A DNA stretch of 62,508 nt, filler included. It is 6 parts of 6 records of this genome, joined end to end, with 100 filler letters (N's around TTAATTAATTAA, not from the genome) between each part and the next. Parts side by side here need not be neighbours in the genome. Positions count along the whole stretch, not along the records: positions 48,579 to 62,508 come from SRR20825010_1914; 5 more parts are not named here. One strand, given 5' to 3'. The notes below the pieces were generated by a model. That model did not search any database. It had not been told where the DNA came from and saw nothing but the letters and a program-made list of their open reading frames with translations. Made by a program: the position numbers and the translations under genes. Positions 48,579 through 57,467 of the stretch are shown here, in pieces. How positions within the stretch are numbered: position 1 is the stretch's first letter; each line of letters starts with the position of its first letter.

Positions 48579-48608
48579 CGACGTCCTAGACCGCTAGACG
48601 AAGGGACC
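48579..48608 (-). tRNA. 5' 30 nt of a tRNA-Glu; anticodon lost at the contig edge
   Basis: Minus strand GGTCCCT-TC-GTCTAGCGGTCTAGGAC-GTCG matches the tRNA-Glu acceptor strand and D-arm; lies downstream of recJ. Confidence 0.75.
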
Positions 48609-48637
48609 GCATATCAATCTCCGATGCGACGGGGGCC

Positions 48638-48666
48638 TAGATACCGGGGTGCAGCACCCCGGTCAA
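48638..48666 (-). promoter_or_regulatory. Sigma70-type promoter for the tRNA
   Basis: TTGACC-N17-TATCTA then a GC-rich discriminator GGCCCCC, about 30 nt before the tRNA. Confidence 0.6.
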
Positions 48667-48684
48667 CACCTTTTTGCATTTTTC

Positions 48685-50490
48685 TTACGGCGCACCAACG
48701 AGCGCCACGTCCTCCAGCGTCATTTCCACTTTACCGGCCCCGGCCCAGGTATCTTTCTTGAGCTTTCCCGCCACATGGAAGCGCCTGCCAATACCTGTGC
48801 GCAAAAGCTCTCCCAACGGTTCTTCCCATTGCCGAAACGCCATGGCCTTGATGGACTTGCCGTCCTTCGATTTGAAGATACAGCGCAGATGATTCTGCCC
48901 CACAAGGTCGGCCTTGATGAGGTCTACATCAGGGATGACAAAGTTCGGTGTCGGGTTGCCCGCACCAAAGGGGCCAACGGCATCGATCTGGTCGACAAGC
49001 TCTGCCGTCGCGCCCGAAAGGCTCACCACTCCGTCGATCTTCAGCGCCCGGTTTGACGACGCCTTGGCCACGGCCTTGCCCATAAAGCCTTTCAAAAATG
49101 CGGTAAAAGCCTCGATTTTGTCTGGTGCCATTGTGAGCCCCGCCGCCATGGCGTGCCCGCCGCCTTTGATCAGCAAGCCTTTCTGCACCGCCTCGATCAC
49201 TGCCGCGCCCATATCAACACCGCTGATGGACCGGCCTGAGCCTTTCGCTTCACCGTTCTCAATCGCGATCACAAAACTTGGCAGGCCGTATTTGTCCTTA
49301 AGCCGTGAAGCCACGATGCCGATAACGCCTGCATGCCAGCCCTCGCCCGCTGCCACCACGACCGTATCCGGGCTGCCTGCCGCACCAACGGCGCGCTCAA
49401 CCTGCGCCAGGGCTTCGGTCTGGACCTCGGCTTCGATCGCGCGGCGTTCTTCGTTATAGCGGTCCAGCTTTTCAGCAATAGCGCGCGCTTCAACAATGTC
49501 ATTGGTGGTCAGAAGCTGGGCACCAAGGTAGCTCTCGCCCACCCGGCCGCCTGCGTTCACCCGCGGGCCCAGAATAAAGCCAGCGTGATAGCATGTCGGC
49601 TGCTCAGATACCCGGCCCACATCGGCCAAGGCCACAAGCCCCGGCGTGCGCCGCTGTGCCATCACCTTGAGGCCTTGCGCCACAAGTGCACGGTTCGCAC
49701 CCACAAGCGGCACCACATCACACACAGTGCCCAGCGCCACAATATCAAGAAGCCCCAGCAGGTTGGGCTCACGCCGCTCCCCCGTAAACCACCCGGCTTC
49801 ACGCAGCGCACGGTTCATGGCCACCGCCAGCAGGAAGGCCACGCCAACAGCTGCCAGCTGCCCCTGCCCGCTTTCGTCATCAAGCCGGTTCGGGTTCACC
49901 ACGGCCACGGCTTCCGGCAGCTCTGCCTCAGCCTTGTGGTGGTCCACCACAATCACATCGATCCCCGCCGCTTTTGCGGCCTTCAGCGGCTCAAAAGATA
50001 GCGTACCGCAGTCAACGGTCACAATAAGCTTTACGCCAGCCTCACCAAGCCCTAGTAGCGCGGGTACGTTGGGCCCGTACCCTTCCACCATACGGTCAGG
50101 GATATAAATACGAACCTTGGCGCCCAGTGCTGTCAGATAGCGGTAGAGCACGGCACTTGAAGTGGCACCGTCCACGTCATAATCACCAAAAATGGCGATC
50201 TCTTCACCGTGTTGCAGCGCAGCCGCAAGCCGTGTGACGGCTTTGTCCATATCCAAGATGGTAGACGGATCAGGCAGGCTTTCCTTCAGGGAAGGCGCAA
50301 AAAACTCTGGCGCTTCATCCAGGCCGATACCCCGGCCTGCAATAAGCTGGCCCACGACCATGGGCACACCAAGCTTTTCAGCAATAGCTTCAGCGATACG
50401 CGGCACCCCGCCCCGCATCATCCAAGCCTGCCCCAAAGCAGAACGGCGGACCCCGAGAAGAGGTTCCGCCGTACCAGTATTCTCAATCAT
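48685..50490 (-). CDS. recJ: ssDNA exonuclease RecJ
   Basis: GDYDVDGATS, YIPDRMVEGYG, TVDCG, DHH, GPRVNAGGR, GSGRS, GGHAMAAG. Confidence 0.96.
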   Translation of the reverse strand: MIENTGTAEPLLGVRRSALGQAWMMRGGVPRIAEAIAEKLGVPMVVGQLIAGRGIGLDEAPEFFAPSLKESLPDPSTILDMDKAVTRLAAALQHGEEIAIFGDYDVDGATSSAVLYRYLTALGAKVRIYIPDRMVEGYGPNVPALLGLGEAGVKLIVTVDCGTLSFEPLKAAKAAGIDVIVVDHHKAEAELPEAVAVVNPNRLDDESGQGQLAAVGVAFLLAVAMNRALREAGWFTGERREPNLLGLLDIVALGTVCDVVPLVGANRALVAQGLKVMAQRRTPGLVALADVGRVSEQPTCYHAGFILGPRVNAGGRVGESYLGAQLLTTNDIVEARAIAEKLDRYNEERRAIEAEVQTEALAQVERAVGAAGSPDTVVVAAGEGWHAGVIGIVASRLKDKYGLPSFVIAIENGEAKGSGRSISGVDMGAAVIEAVQKGLLIKGGGHAMAAGLTMAPDKIEAFTAFLKGFMGKAVAKASSNRALKIDGVVSLSGATAELVDQIDAVGPFGAGNPTPNFVIPDVDLIKADLVGQNHLRCIFKSKDGKSIKAMAFRQWEEPLGELLRTGIGRRFHVAGKLKKDTWAGAGKVEMTLEDVALVGAP

Positions 50491-50509
50491 TTGCGTCAAG
50501 GCGTGGCCC

Positions 50510-51472
50510 TTATTGCCGACCGTCCAGCCCATGGGTTGCCTGAACGCGGCGAATTGTCTTGGTTTTTGACCGCATGGTGATGGTGTCGGTAGTGTAACCC
50601 GCCGCAGTACGGTGCACGCCCTTGAGCATGGAACCGTCCGTTACACCGGTCGCAGCAAAGATCACATCGCCGGAGGCCATGTCTTCCATGGCGTATTTGC
50701 GGTTCAGGTCCTCAATGCCCCATTTGGCAGCACGAGCGCGTTCATCGTCGTTGCGGAACAACAGACGGCCTTGCATCTGGCCACCAATGCAGCGAAGCGC
50801 CGCAGCAGCCAGAACACCTTCCGGCGCGCCGCCTGACCCCATGTAAAGGTCAATGCCCGTCGCTTCATCGGTGGTTGCGATCACGCCGGCAACGTCACCG
50901 TCACCAATAAGCGCAACACCGCAGCCAAGCGCGCGCAGCTCTTTAATCAGAGCTGCATGGCGTGGGCGGTCAAGCACACAAACAGTTATTTCATCGATGG
51001 GCCTGCCTTTGGCTTCAGCCACCGCACGAACATTGTCAGACGGGCTTTTATCCAGATCAATCACACCTTGTGGCAAACCACCGCCAACGGCGATCTTGTC
51101 CATATACACGTCCGGCGCGTTAAGAAGGCCGCCTTCAGCAGAGATAGCAAGAACCGCAAGCGCGTTTGGCATTGCCTTCGCGCAGATTGTGGTGCCCTCA
51201 AGCGGGTCCAGCGCGATATCAACCTTTGGGCCACCCGCGCCGACTTTTTCACCAATGTAAAGCATTGGCGCTTCGTCGCGCTCGCCCTCACCAATCACGA
51301 CGGTACCGTCGATTGGTAGTATATTGAAAGCCTTGCGCATGGCCTCAACGGCAGCGGCGTCAGCCGCCTTTTCATCGCCGCGACCAGTCCACTTGCTCGC
51401 AGCAATAGCGCCTGCTTCGGTCACGCGAACCACCTCGAGAACCAAGATGCGGTTCAGATCCTGTGACGACAT
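50510..51472 (-). CDS. glpX: Class II fructose-1,6-bisphosphatase
   Basis: VIGEGERDEAPML, DPLEGT, APDVYMDK, DGDVAG, GGAPEGVLAAAA. Confidence 0.96.
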   Translation of the reverse strand: MSSQDLNRILVLEVVRVTEAGAIAASKWTGRGDEKAADAAAVEAMRKAFNILPIDGTVVIGEGERDEAPMLYIGEKVGAGGPKVDIALDPLEGTTICAKAMPNALAVLAISAEGGLLNAPDVYMDKIAVGGGLPQGVIDLDKSPSDNVRAVAEAKGRPIDEITVCVLDRPRHAALIKELRALGCGVALIGDGDVAGVIATTDEATGIDLYMGSGGAPEGVLAAAALRCIGGQMQGRLLFRNDDERARAAKWGIEDLNRKYAMEDMASGDVIFAATGVTDGSMLKGVHRTAAGYTTDTITMRSKTKTIRRVQATHGLDGRQ

Positions 51473-51488
51473 AAGATAGTTCCCCTTG

Positions 51489-52793
51489 TTAAGCTTCTAT
51501 TCTTAGCATTGCCGGGGTCTCTAGCACACATTCCAGTTCAGTGAAACGCTCAAGTGCCGATGCAACAGAAGCTTCAACAACCTCGTGGGTTGTCATGATG
51601 ATATATACACCACCATCGGATGCACGACCACGCTGCAGCATGCTCTCAATGGAGACCTGCTCTTCGGCCAAAATCTTGGTGATATCGGCCATCACGCCGT
51701 GGCGGTCTTCAACCCGAAGGCGTAAATAATAGGTGCCGCGATGCTTGGATACAGGCACAGGCGTCGCGACAGCAAGGTCACCCGCCGGGATACCAAGCCG
51801 AGGGCCGCCCTGCCCTCGCGCCACGTCAATAATATCAGCCATGACGGCAGATGCCGTTGGGCCTTCACCTGCGCCAGGGCCTTCATAAACTGTTTGGCCC
51901 ACAAAATCGCCCTGCACAACCACGGCATTGATGGCGTCCATCACATTCGCGAGTGGCGCCGAAATTGGCACCATTGCAGGGTGCACGCGGGTTTCAATGC
52001 CCTCGCTCGTTTGTTGCACCACACCTAGAAGCTTGATCCGATAACCCAGCTCTTTTGCGTATTCGATATCAACTGGCGCGATATTGCGGATGCCTTCGGT
52101 TGGCAAATGCTCGATATCGGGTTCCGTACCAAACGCAAGCGCGGCCAGAATGGCAGTTTTATGCGCTGTATCGATACCGTCGATATCAAAGGTTGGGTCT
52201 GCTTCCGCATACCCCAGCTGTTGTGCGTCCTTAAGCACTACATCAAAGTCGAGGCCCTCACGCTCCATACGGGTGAGGATATAGTTGCAGGTGCCATTAA
52301 GAATACCGCGTACGCTTGTGACACCGTTACCGGCCAAGCCTTCCCTCAGCGCCTTGATGATCGGGATACCACCAGCAACCGCTGCTTCAAAGCGGAGGTC
52401 TGCGCCAGTTTTCTCAGCCAAGGCAGCCAGTTCTTTACCGTGCGTGGCAATAAGCGCCTTATTGGCAGTGACAAGGCTGATGCCGTTACCGAGTGCTTCA
52501 CGGGCAAGGGCAAGCGCCGGGCCGTCAGACCCGCCAATAAGCTCAACAATGACGTTGATGCCGGTGTCGCTTGCAGCCATATCAACAGCGTTATCGAACC
52601 ATGTGTAGGACGAGAGGTCCACGCCCCGGTCACGGCTTCTATCCCGCGCGGAAACACCACCAATCGTGATACTGCGGCCTGAACGCGCAGCCAAAAGGCC
52701 TGCGTGTTTTTCAAGGATTTTGATGACACCGCCACCAACGGTGCCAAGCCCCGCAATACCAAGGACAATGTCCTGCCCGTCCGTCAAACGCAT
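51489..52793 (-). CDS. hom: Homoserine dehydrogenase with ACT domain
   Basis: GLGTVGGG, VTANKAL, EAAVAGGIP, GILNGTCNYIL, GYAEADPTFD, GPGAG. Confidence 0.95.
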   Translation of the reverse strand: MRLTDGQDIVLGIAGLGTVGGGVIKILEKHAGLLAARSGRSITIGGVSARDRSRDRGVDLSSYTWFDNAVDMAASDTGINVIVELIGGSDGPALALAREALGNGISLVTANKALIATHGKELAALAEKTGADLRFEAAVAGGIPIIKALREGLAGNGVTSVRGILNGTCNYILTRMEREGLDFDVVLKDAQQLGYAEADPTFDIDGIDTAHKTAILAALAFGTEPDIEHLPTEGIRNIAPVDIEYAKELGYRIKLLGVVQQTSEGIETRVHPAMVPISAPLANVMDAINAVVVQGDFVGQTVYEGPGAGEGPTASAVMADIIDVARGQGGPRLGIPAGDLAVATPVPVSKHRGTYYLRLRVEDRHGVMADITKILAEEQVSIESMLQRGRASDGGVYIIMTTHEVVEASVASALERFTELECVLETPAMLRIEA

Positions 52794-52833
52794 ACTTATC
52801 TCCACTCTTGCGCACACCCGTGTGCGCGAACCA

Positions 52834-54057
52834 TTACTTTGATTTCTGTTTAGCACGCCAATCGGCGATCAGCTCATCTTTGCGGGACATGAATTTCTTA
52901 ATATTGCGAATAGCCTGCCTGATGCGGTGTTCATTTTCCACGAGGCCGATACGCACAAAACCTTCGCCGTATTCACCAAAACCCACGCCCGGTGAAAGCG
53001 ACACCTTGGCTTCGGTAAGCAGAAGCTTGGAGAAATCCATCGACCCCATTTCTTTAAACTCATCAGGGATCGGCGCCCAGGCGAACATGCTTGCCTTAGG
53101 GCTCGGGATTTCCCAGCCCGCAGCGGCAAGGCCTTCAACAAGCACGTCGCGGCGCTTTTTATAAGTTTGACGGTGCAGCTCGATACAGTCCTGCGGGCCG
53201 TTAAGCGCCGCCACAGCCGCCACCTGAATGGGCGTGAACGCGCCATAGTCCAGATAGCTTTTAACCCGTGTGAGCGCCGCCACAAGGTCTTTATTGCCTG
53301 CGCCAAAACCGACACGCCACCCCGCCATGGAATATGTTTTTGAAAGGCTGGTGAACTCAATCGCGATATCCTTCGCGCCCTTGACCTGAAGGATGGAGGG
53401 CGGCGGGTTATCATCGAAATAGATTTCACAGTAGGCGAGGTCAGAGAGGATCCAGATGCCCTGCTTTTTACAGAAATCCACAACCTCTTCATAAAAAGCG
53501 AGGTCTACCACCTCTGCGGTCGGGTTGCCGGGGTAGCAGAGGATTACAGCCGTTGGCGTTGGCACGCTGTGCTGTACTGCGTACTTGAGCTCCGTCAGGA
53601 AATCATGGCCTGGACCCATAGGCAAATGGCGCACCGCAGCCCCTGCGATCATGAAACCATAAGGGTGGATCGGGAAGCTCGGGTTCGGCACCAGGATCAC
53701 ATCGCCCGGCGTGGTAATAGCAGACGCGAGGTTCGCCAAGCCTTCCTTGGAGCCAAGCGTGACCACATTCTCCGTTTCCGGGTCGATATCCACACCAAAA
53801 CGGTGCTTGTAATAAGCCGCGTGAGCGCGCCGGAGCCCCGGAATACCACGGGAAACCGAATAGCCGTGGGCGGTCGGGTTATCCACAGTTTCCTTGAGCT
53901 TGTCGACAATGTGCTGGGGTGTTGGCAGGTCCGGGTTACCCATGCCTAGATCAATGATATCCTCGCCACGCGCTCGTGCCGCCGCTTTCATCTGGTTTAC
54001 TTCAGCAAACAGATAAGGCGGTAGGCGACGGATACGGTAAAAGTCTTGCGTGCTCAT
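52834..54057 (-). CDS. Class I/II PLP aminotransferase (AlaC/LL-DAP type)
   Basis: RLPPYLFAEVN, DLGMGNPD, GSKEG, SKTYSMAGWRVG, SYLDYGAFTPIQ; upstream of hom. Confidence 0.9.
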   Translation of the reverse strand: MSTQDFYRIRRLPPYLFAEVNQMKAAARARGEDIIDLGMGNPDLPTPQHIVDKLKETVDNPTAHGYSVSRGIPGLRRAHAAYYKHRFGVDIDPETENVVTLGSKEGLANLASAITTPGDVILVPNPSFPIHPYGFMIAGAAVRHLPMGPGHDFLTELKYAVQHSVPTPTAVILCYPGNPTAEVVDLAFYEEVVDFCKKQGIWILSDLAYCEIYFDDNPPPSILQVKGAKDIAIEFTSLSKTYSMAGWRVGFGAGNKDLVAALTRVKSYLDYGAFTPIQVAAVAALNGPQDCIELHRQTYKKRRDVLVEGLAAAGWEIPSPKASMFAWAPIPDEFKEMGSMDFSKLLLTEAKVSLSPGVGFGEYGEGFVRIGLVENEHRIRQAIRNIKKFMSRKDELIADWRAKQKSK

Positions 54058-54259
54058 GATAAGGTTTGATCCAGAATAGGTTTACAATAAAAGCTCAGTG
54101 AGATGGCTGTGCCATCAAGGGCCTAGCTCTAAGCGATAAAACGCGGGGACGCAACGCCCTTACGCAATCATCGAAATGATTTCCGCAACGTTTAAGTAAT
54201 ACTATTGCGTCACATAGGCATAATCTAAGCTGAGGGTGCAGAATCCGCTGAATTCACGC

Positions 54260-54292
54260 AAAAAGAAACCGGGAAAAACCCGGTTTTCTTTT
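54260..54292. terminator. Intrinsic terminator after 54318-54863
   Basis: aaaaagaaaccggg-aaaaa-cccggttttctttt. Confidence 0.75.
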
Positions 54293-54317
54293 AATCTATA
54301 GCGTGATTGGGGTGTGA

Positions 54318-54863
54318 CTAGTGGCGCAATGCCTCTTGCGCACGCTTCAGGGCTTTTTCCGCCTGCATCAGCGCCTTGCGGCTGTGCTGGTTTTTCACCT
54401 CAGCGATTCGCGCTTTAAGGTGATGACGCCGCGCCTCTATGGCCGCATGGGCTCCTTCAAGCGCTTCTTTCTGCGCCACTTGCACATTGCTACGGGAAGC
54501 TATTTTGAGTTCGATGTCAGGCATAGTCATCGCGAAGGGTGCAATGGCTGCTTCAACCTGTGCTTCAATCTGGTCGAAATCAAGCTGGCTGATCGCTGCC
54601 TCAGCCATGTGGAAGTTATGCTCAAACTCAATCTGCATGCCTTCAACACGGGCTTCCAGCGCCTGTCGGGATTCCTCACACTGGCCACCATTACTATGCT
54701 GCTGTGTGTCCGCTGGCCCCAGATCAGCCACCTGCGTTGGCTCGTCCGCCATGTCCAGCACCATGGAACCAACACCGTCAAACGATGTAAGCTGCTCTCC
54801 GGCGAACGAAGAACCTCCAACGATGGCTGTGGTTGCAAGGGCAATAAGGGCTAAGGGTTTCAT
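54318..54863 (-). CDS. Exported helical hypothetical protein
   Basis: MKPLALIALATTAIVGGSSFA signal peptide; A/E/Q-rich helices. Confidence 0.7.
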   Translation of the reverse strand: MKPLALIALATTAIVGGSSFAGEQLTSFDGVGSMVLDMADEPTQVADLGPADTQQHSNGGQCEESRQALEARVEGMQIEFEHNFHMAEAAISQLDFDQIEAQVEAAIAPFAMTMPDIELKIASRSNVQVAQKEALEGAHAAIEARRHHLKARIAEVKNQHSRKALMQAEKALKRAQEALRH

Positions 54864-54959
54864 TGCTATTTCCCGGTAGCTTTGAGTAGCGTGCAGGATG
54901 CTACATTATCACACAAAGCTCAAGCAGCTTTTGAACTAAACAACTTCACAAAAGTGCGA

Positions 54960-54987
54960 GGAGGCAAGACCTCACCGGTCTGCCTCC
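54960..54987 (-). terminator. Stem-loop after 55013-55843
   Basis: ggaggca(a)gacc-tcacc-ggtctgcctcc. Confidence 0.5.
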
Positions 54988-55012
54988 CTGCTTCAACATG
55001 CTGCTGGCGCAC

Positions 55013-55843
55013 TTACTCAGGCTCGACGTCTTCCGCTGAAGCCTTCGCACGCCGCTCAGCCAGCCGCTGTTCAAGACGTTCCCGCTCCCGCTTCAGATGT
55101 TCCTCCGCCTGGCGAAGCCCTTCAAGCTGTTGCTCCTCCATCTGGTCCAGCGACCGCGCGGCGTGGTCAAGGTCAATCACGTGGCGCTCACGCGCTTCCG
55201 CATCAAACTCAAACTCAAGTTCGATATCTTCAAAAGCCTCGCGGATATCTTCACGCGCCTCAATAAGGTCTTCTTTCAGTTCAATACGAATGCGGCCAAG
55301 ATCACCGACCTGCTCTTCCATATCCTTAAGCGCGCCTTCCATCGCATCAATCTCGATACGGCGGATTTCAGCGTGGGAGGGACCCGCATAAGCGTATGTC
55401 ATGTGGCTACGCTTGTTCTTAAGCGCCTCAAGGGCTGTCTCAAGGCCGTCTTTCGCGGCTTCAAGCGCGCGCTTCTCTTCCTTCTTGCGGGCCTTCTCGA
55501 GCCGTGCGTTTACTTTCTCAAGCGCTTGCTTCGTTTCAAGGATAGCCTTCTGGCGTTCTTCATCAACATGCACACTGACGTGTTTCTGAATTTCAATCTT
55601 CTCACCGCCTTTACCGTCACGAAGAACGGTCCCTGGGCCACCCGAGCGGATCACACGGATTTTCTTTTTCTCGACCTTTTTTTCTTCCGCCTTCCCGACT
55701 TTTTCCTCATTGTCAAAGGCCACCATGGCACCACTGTTGCCTGCAACCATGATGGTAGAGAGGGAAAGGCCTGCGATAAGGGCTATGCGCCGCTTCATTG
55801 AGGACGTCTGTTTTGTTGTGTCAGTGATCGGTGTTGGCATCAT
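55013..55843 (-). CDS. Exported or membrane-anchored coiled-coil hypothetical protein
   Basis: GGAG RBS before MMPT; MKRRIALIAGLSLSTIMVAG hydrophobic segment; E/K/R-rich coiled coils. Confidence 0.75.
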   Translation of the reverse strand: MMPTPITDTTKQTSSMKRRIALIAGLSLSTIMVAGNSGAMVAFDNEEKVGKAEEKKVEKKKIRVIRSGGPGTVLRDGKGGEKIEIQKHVSVHVDEERQKAILETKQALEKVNARLEKARKKEEKRALEAAKDGLETALEALKNKRSHMTYAYAGPSHAEIRRIEIDAMEGALKDMEEQVGDLGRIRIELKEDLIEAREDIREAFEDIELEFEFDAEARERHVIDLDHAARSLDQMEEQQLEGLRQAEEHLKRERERLEQRLAERRAKASAEDVEPE

Positions 55844-55974
55844 AATCTCCGTTACTTCCGGCCAGTTTGCGGCCTTATCCTGTTGCTGTCGGATGCGCTG
55901 ATGCTTCATGCCAGCGCTTATCACGTTCTTGTGAACATGAGACTGCGCCTATTGGCCCGCAAGCGGAAGACGAT

Positions 55975-56046
55975 ATCGACAAACAGGTAGGAAACTGCGG
56001 CGAACAGCAGGGAGCTGAGACGAAACGAGATGTCTGTGCGGCGAAC
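55975..56046 (-). promoter_or_regulatory. Four 10-bp direct repeats at about 21-bp spacing, LytTR-type operator candidate
   Basis: Plus strand atcgacaaac (55975), tgcggcgaac (55996), tgagacgaaa (56016), tgcggcgaac (56037). Confidence 0.55.
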
Positions 56047-56059
56047 GAAGGATGATCAA

Positions 56060-56467
56060 TCAGTCGACAGGCAGCAGAAGGGCCGCAACCTGCCGCCCTT
56101 CAATCAGCAGCACGTTATAGGTACGGGCAGCCGCACCCGTATCCATCACGTCATAGCCAATGCCCTCGCCTTCAAGATAGCTCCTGAAGGCTGAGGGGAC
56201 GAGCTGCATCTTCTCACCCGTCCCGATCAGGATCAGCTCCGGTTTCTTCGCCGCCCCTGTCGCTTTGACAACGTCGGCGGCAGAAAGCCTCTGCACGTCG
56301 CTGGCTTCAATGGGGTAAAAGCCAGTGGGCAGGACCATGACCCCGCCCTCAACCCTGCGACCAAGCAGGCGAAAGCCTCCATCTCCGTAACCATCCACCA
56401 AAAGCAGATCGTCACGCGATTGCGCTTCAAGGGATACGCCGCCGGATGTGAAGCTTTTACCCGCCAT
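56060..56467 (-). CDS. Mth938-like (NDUFAF3-type) protein
   Basis: DGYGDGGF, PELILIGTG, MDTGAAARTYNVLLIEGRQVAALL; follows secF. Confidence 0.9.
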   Translation of the reverse strand: MAGKSFTSGGVSLEAQSRDDLLLVDGYGDGGFRLLGRRVEGGVMVLPTGFYPIEASDVQRLSAADVVKATGAAKKPELILIGTGEKMQLVPSAFRSYLEGEGIGYDVMDTGAAARTYNVLLIEGRQVAALLLPVD

Positions 56468-56473
56468 GCTGCC

Positions 56474-57454
56474 CTACATTTGCTCGAACGGGTTTGTAGG
56501 GCGTGACTTGTCAACCGTTGGGTCAGCCTTGTCAGGCTCATTAATCATCGCTTCACGGCGAAGGTCAAAGCTGAGAAGTAGCGGTGACGCCACAAAGATC
56601 GAGCTATATGTCCCGATAACAACACCCCAGATCATCGCAGCCGTGAAGCCCTGTATGACAGCACCGCCAAGGAAGTAGAGAGCAAACAGCGCCAGAAGCG
56701 TGGTCAATGAGGTCATCAGCGTGCGGCTGAGAGTTTGGTTCAAGGACAGGTTGATCAGTTCTTCAAGCGGAAGCTTACGGTATTTGCGGATGTTCTCGCG
56801 AATACGGTCATAAACAACCACCGTATCGTTGAGGCTGTACCCAACAATGGTCAGAAGTGCTGCGATAATTGAGAGGTTGAACTCAAGTCGCGTCACGGCA
56901 AAAAAACCAACTGTCAGCAACACATCGTGCACAAGAGCAACCACTGCACCAAGGCCGAACTGCCACTCAAACCGGAACCAGATGTAGATCAACACCATGA
57001 TAACGGCGATGGATACCGCGAGCGTACCGTCGCGCTTCAACTCGCCTGACACCACTGGCCCAACGATATTTTCCTGCCGGAAAGTAACACCTGGCACGGC
57101 TTCCGTAAGCGCTTCACGCACTTTCACCATAGCGGCAGATTGCGCTTCCTCATCACCCGGCTGGCGTTCAACCCGCACAAGCGCTTCAGACGCATCGCCA
57201 TATTCCTTGACAGACACATTGCCGAGCCCTAGGGCACTTGCAGTTTCCCGCACGGTTGCAAGCGGCACTGCGCTGCGGTCTTGCATGCCAATCTCAATGG
57301 CGATACCACCCTTAAAATCGATGCCATAGTTCAGGCTGTTGACCGCAAAGAGAGCGATTGAAGCCAGAATCAGCAGGCCTGAGATTGCAAAAGCAATCTT
57401 GCGCGGCTTCATGAAAGCGATTTTGGTATTCTCTGGAACCAGACGTAAAAGCAT
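56474..57454 (-). CDS. secF: Protein translocase subunit SecF
   Basis: NYGIDFKGG, VGPVVSGEL, RFEWQF, GYSLNDTVVVYDRIREN, GTYSSIFVASP. Confidence 0.96.
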   Translation of the reverse strand: MLLRLVPENTKIAFMKPRKIAFAISGLLILASIALFAVNSLNYGIDFKGGIAIEIGMQDRSAVPLATVRETASALGLGNVSVKEYGDASEALVRVERQPGDEEAQSAAMVKVREALTEAVPGVTFRQENIVGPVVSGELKRDGTLAVSIAVIMVLIYIWFRFEWQFGLGAVVALVHDVLLTVGFFAVTRLEFNLSIIAALLTIVGYSLNDTVVVYDRIRENIRKYRKLPLEELINLSLNQTLSRTLMTSLTTLLALFALYFLGGAVIQGFTAAMIWGVVIGTYSSIFVASPLLLSFDLRREAMINEPDKADPTVDKSRPTNPFEQM

Positions 57455-57467
57455 GATCCGCTCTCCC

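Noticed and set aside
55013-55843. Truncated BlaR1/M56 peptidase (SSMKRRI resembles the end of M56 domains)
   Set aside because: No HExxH motif or upstream remnant and no BlaI-like gene; MKRRIALIAG is more simply an export or anchor signal.
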